Of a stretch of 64,000 nucleotides of DNA, positions 61,265-64,000 are shown one piece after another. Made by a program: the position numbers and the translations under genes. Positions within the stretch are counted from its first letter, which is position 1. Each line of letters opens with the position of its first letter. The notes beneath the pieces were generated by a model that had not been told where the DNA came from, ran no database searches, and saw nothing but the letters and a program-made list of their open reading frames with translations. The DNA is from Okamejei kenojei (Eukaryota): positions 18,786,001-18,850,000 of the forward strand of contig CM069165.1 in assembly GCA_035221665.1 (NCBI GenBank). Direction: 5' to 3'.

Positions 61265-61654
61265 GTAGGAGCTTTGCACAGTGCTGATTTATTGTAATTA
61301 TTTTTTCAGTGGTCTCGGGTTGAAGTTTTTTTTTGGTGGTTATTTTGTTTAGTAATCATGATTTATTAAATTACGCTGCATAGTTAGGAAACTCTTCCTT
61401 ATCATCTTGATCTGGTCTTTGGAGTAGTTAGCTGAGGATGCCTTCGTGAAAATCGGACATTACCAGTTATCAAAACTGTTGCTTTGTCCTCTTTGGTCTA
61501 GAGACTAAATCGGTCTCCGCTAAGTGATTGAAAGCCAGCCAATATTTAGCCAGCCAATGGAAAAAGATTGGATATTACTGTGCATGGCTAACAGTTTTTC
61601 TTTCAAAAAATATTTCAGAATGATGCCTACCAATCTAACTTGCCCTTGATTATA

Positions 61655-62200
61655 ATTTGTAAGAAGAAACTGAAGATGCTGGTTTAAACCAAAGATACAC
61701 ACAAAAAGCTGGAGTAACTCAATAGGACAGGCAACATCTCTGGAGAGAAAGAATGGGTGGCGTTTCGGGTCGAGCCACTTATTCAGACTGGTTAGGGATA
61801 AGGGAAACGAGAGACATCGATGGTGATGTGGATGAGTAGCGTGCAACCTCAGTGGGAGAGGGATGGAGAGAGAGAGAGAGAGAAGGAATGCCGGCATTAC
61901 CTGGAGTGACATAAATCAACATTCATACCACTGGACTGTAAGCTGCCCAAGCAAAATACGAGATGCTGTTCCACCAATTTGCGTTTAGCCTCAGGTTGGT
62001 TCATGCGGGCTGAGCGAAAGTGTTCCGCGAAACTATCCCCCCGTCTACGTTTGGTCTCGCCGATGTATAAGAGTCCACATCTTGAACAACAGATACAGTA
62101 GAGGAGGAGGTGCAAGTGAACTTCTGCCTAACCTGAAAGGACTGTTGGGGTCCCTGGACAGAGTCGAGGGAGGAGGTATAGCGACAGGTGTTATCATTTC
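61655..62200 (-). mobile_element. Penelope-like retroelement 3' end: GIY-YIG endonuclease remnant, UTR and hammerhead-bearing pseudo-LTR
   Basis: LLYCICCSRCGLLYIGETKRRRGDSFAEHFRS...EQHLVFCLGSLQSSGMNVD; downstream on the same strand CAGTCTGAATAAGTGGCTCGACCCGAAACGCCACCCATT and the common repeat arm. Confidence 0.85.
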
Positions 62201-62248
62201 ATTGCTTACCTGATTAGATTGATCGAAGTTGCTGTAAAAAAAGAAAGT

Positions 62249-62524
62249 CTGGCACCAGAGACCTGGGTTTGATCCTGACTTCGGGTGCTGCTTGTGTGGA
62301 GTTTGCATGTGGATTTCCTCCGAGTGCTCCAGTTTTCTTCCACATCCCAAAGATGTCTGTGTTTGTAGTTAATTGGCCTCTGTAAATTGCCCTTGGTGTG
62401 TAGGCTGTGGGAAAGTTGCACATTATAGCAGTACATGTGAACAGGTAATTGATGGTCAGCATGAACTTGATGGGCTGAAGATCCCTTTTCAATGCTGTAT
62501 CTATAAGCTCTAAACTAAACTAAA
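62249..62524 (+). mobile_element. 5'-truncated HE1-type SINE
   Basis: GGGTTTGATCCTGAC B box, conserved body, (TAAAC)n tail. Confidence 0.8.
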
Positions 62525-63010
62525 ATATGCTATGGAGCTCTTGCCAAAACTAATTCTGTCAAAATTTGTGTTAAAATGAAAGAAATACTGTAGTGCATCA
62601 CAATTTTATTCATTGGGCAGGTGACAACTTTTAAGGTTTGATTTGATGTGCAGTGATTTTGCTGTGTAACGATAAATGTTTTAAGCTACAAATGCTTTGA
62701 CTGGAAGCTGAATTGTAATAAGCTATTATAATAAGTTTGTTCTGGTTTGCCTACATTCTCGCTTGTTATGACGTATTAAAAATGTCACTTGTTTGATCTA
62801 TTTCTTTAATGAAAGATGGTGCATTTATTATTTTCACATAGTTGTAGTACTTTTTGGGAGAAAAAAGCCTACCAAGCCTCTGCTAATTAATGATATGGCT
62901 ATAAAATGGGATTATTGTTTGGAGTTATCATGAAGATCTGAGTTTGATGCATTACACCCAGACATTTGTCCTCTTAACACATTGTATACCCTAATTTTTT
63001 CACAACCTGA

Positions 63011-63240
63011 AGGGCCTGTCCCACTTGGCGATTTTATCGGCAACTGCCAGCATCATTGACTGACATATCAGATCACCGAAAAATCTGCGGCGTATCGGCG
63101 GTGTGATGACATATTGACGCGCAGTGTTTTTCTAGTGTATTTGTTTTGTCGCTGCTGGATTTTGAAATGTTCAAAATCTTCTGGCGTCACTCATATGACA
63201 CCGGCAGTCGCCGAAAAAATCGCGAAGTGGGACAGGCCTT
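63011..63240. mobile_element. PIF/Harbinger-type MITE
   Basis: ~46-bp TIRs starting AGGGCCTGTCCCACTT / ending AAGTGGGACAGGCCTT; 3-bp TSD TGA at 63008-63010 and 63241-63243. Confidence 0.8.
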
Positions 63241-63815
63241 TGAGAGACCTCCAAATACTGGTGTAAAACTGTGACCTGATTACTTTTGCTACCTACTTAC
63301 ATGCTGAACGATGCCTCCCTTGGGGCCATAGCCGGTGCCTTTGTTGTTTTCTATATATTTTAATAATTTTGTCATGGTCCACAGGGTAGCATTTCCAGGT
63401 GGAAAATTGCTTGGAATTGTTGAGGAAGAGAGCAATAGGCTGCTGTAGGATATTGAGAGATGTCAGAAATTTGATACAATGCAGTAAGTGATGCTCTTCG
63501 GAGAATCAGTAAAGACACATTATAGATTGATTGTTACTGCCTCCCTGAATGAACAACTGGAAGAACTGAGTTTGATGCATAACGCACATATCTTGTCTTA
63601 TTTCTTGCATGTTGATGGTATCTACAAATCCTCAGAATAAACTCTGGTTGAGTTGATTCGTAAATGTTTGAGGAAATTAGTGCAATTCTGATATGAGCAA
63701 TCACTGAGCTTTTCATCTATGTTCGTGAAACTATATATTTTTAAAACAAAATTAAAATTCCTTGCAGTGAAAGCTATAATGTTCTAACCTTCAAAATATT
63801 TTGATATTAGTTTCC

Positions 63816-64000
63816 ATGGCTCTGGATCAGGAGAGGAGGTCCATGGGGAGGAGCGAATGCCACCTGAACACAAGTCGTGGTCTGATCAACCACGGCTGGG
63901 TCGCCTGGGTGAGGGTGTCTGATGTTGAACGACCCAAATCACCCAATGACCCCAGGTTACATCACTGATGATGTGTTTAGGAGCATCAATAGATGTATTT
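63816..64000 (+). mobile_element. HERO-like non-LTR retrotransposon 3' end
   Basis: Encodes WLWIRRGGPW, then a 3' UTR GGCTGGGTCGCCTGGGTGAGGGTGTCTGATG..ATGACCCCAGGTTACATCACTGATGATGTG recalled from fish HERO elements. Confidence 0.5.

Noticed and set aside
63910-64000. Hammerhead-like CTGATG / CTGATGA motifs in the HERO-like UTR
   Set aside because: The first lacks A9 and GAAA; the second has no GAAA or stem II within the window

Overview
Eukaryotic, intron-rich DNA from a cartilaginous fish, most likely a skate/ray; this is inferred from HE1-type SINEs and elasmobranch-type CR1, Rex1 and Penelope repeats. Two genes lie on the + strand. MYOZ1 (myozenin-1) is complete: 5 coding exons, 2599-19540, 308 aa, ending in the PDZ-binding motif ETDDL. 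USP54 is represented by its 5' part: a CpG-island first exon near 31.9-32.1 kb and coding exons 58033-58176 and 61172-61264. This is the conserved MYOZ1-USP54 gene order. The rest is mostly transposon debris, and almost all ORFs in the supplied track are spurious or TE fragments. The most interesting signals are structured-RNA retroelements. (1) A 187-bp element flanked by a target-site duplication (56254-56440, - strand) starts with an HDV-like ribozyme whose core closely resembles the mammalian CPEB3 ribozyme, followed by interlocked stems and an AAG tail. (2) About 15-20 short, often palindromic Penelope-derived elements carry minimal hammerhead ribozyme cores, linked to a GIY-YIG endonuclease remnant. 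(3) A GC-rich non-coding family with Rex1-type tails shows covarying hairpins. Repeat boundaries are approximate and family names are by recognition, not database search.
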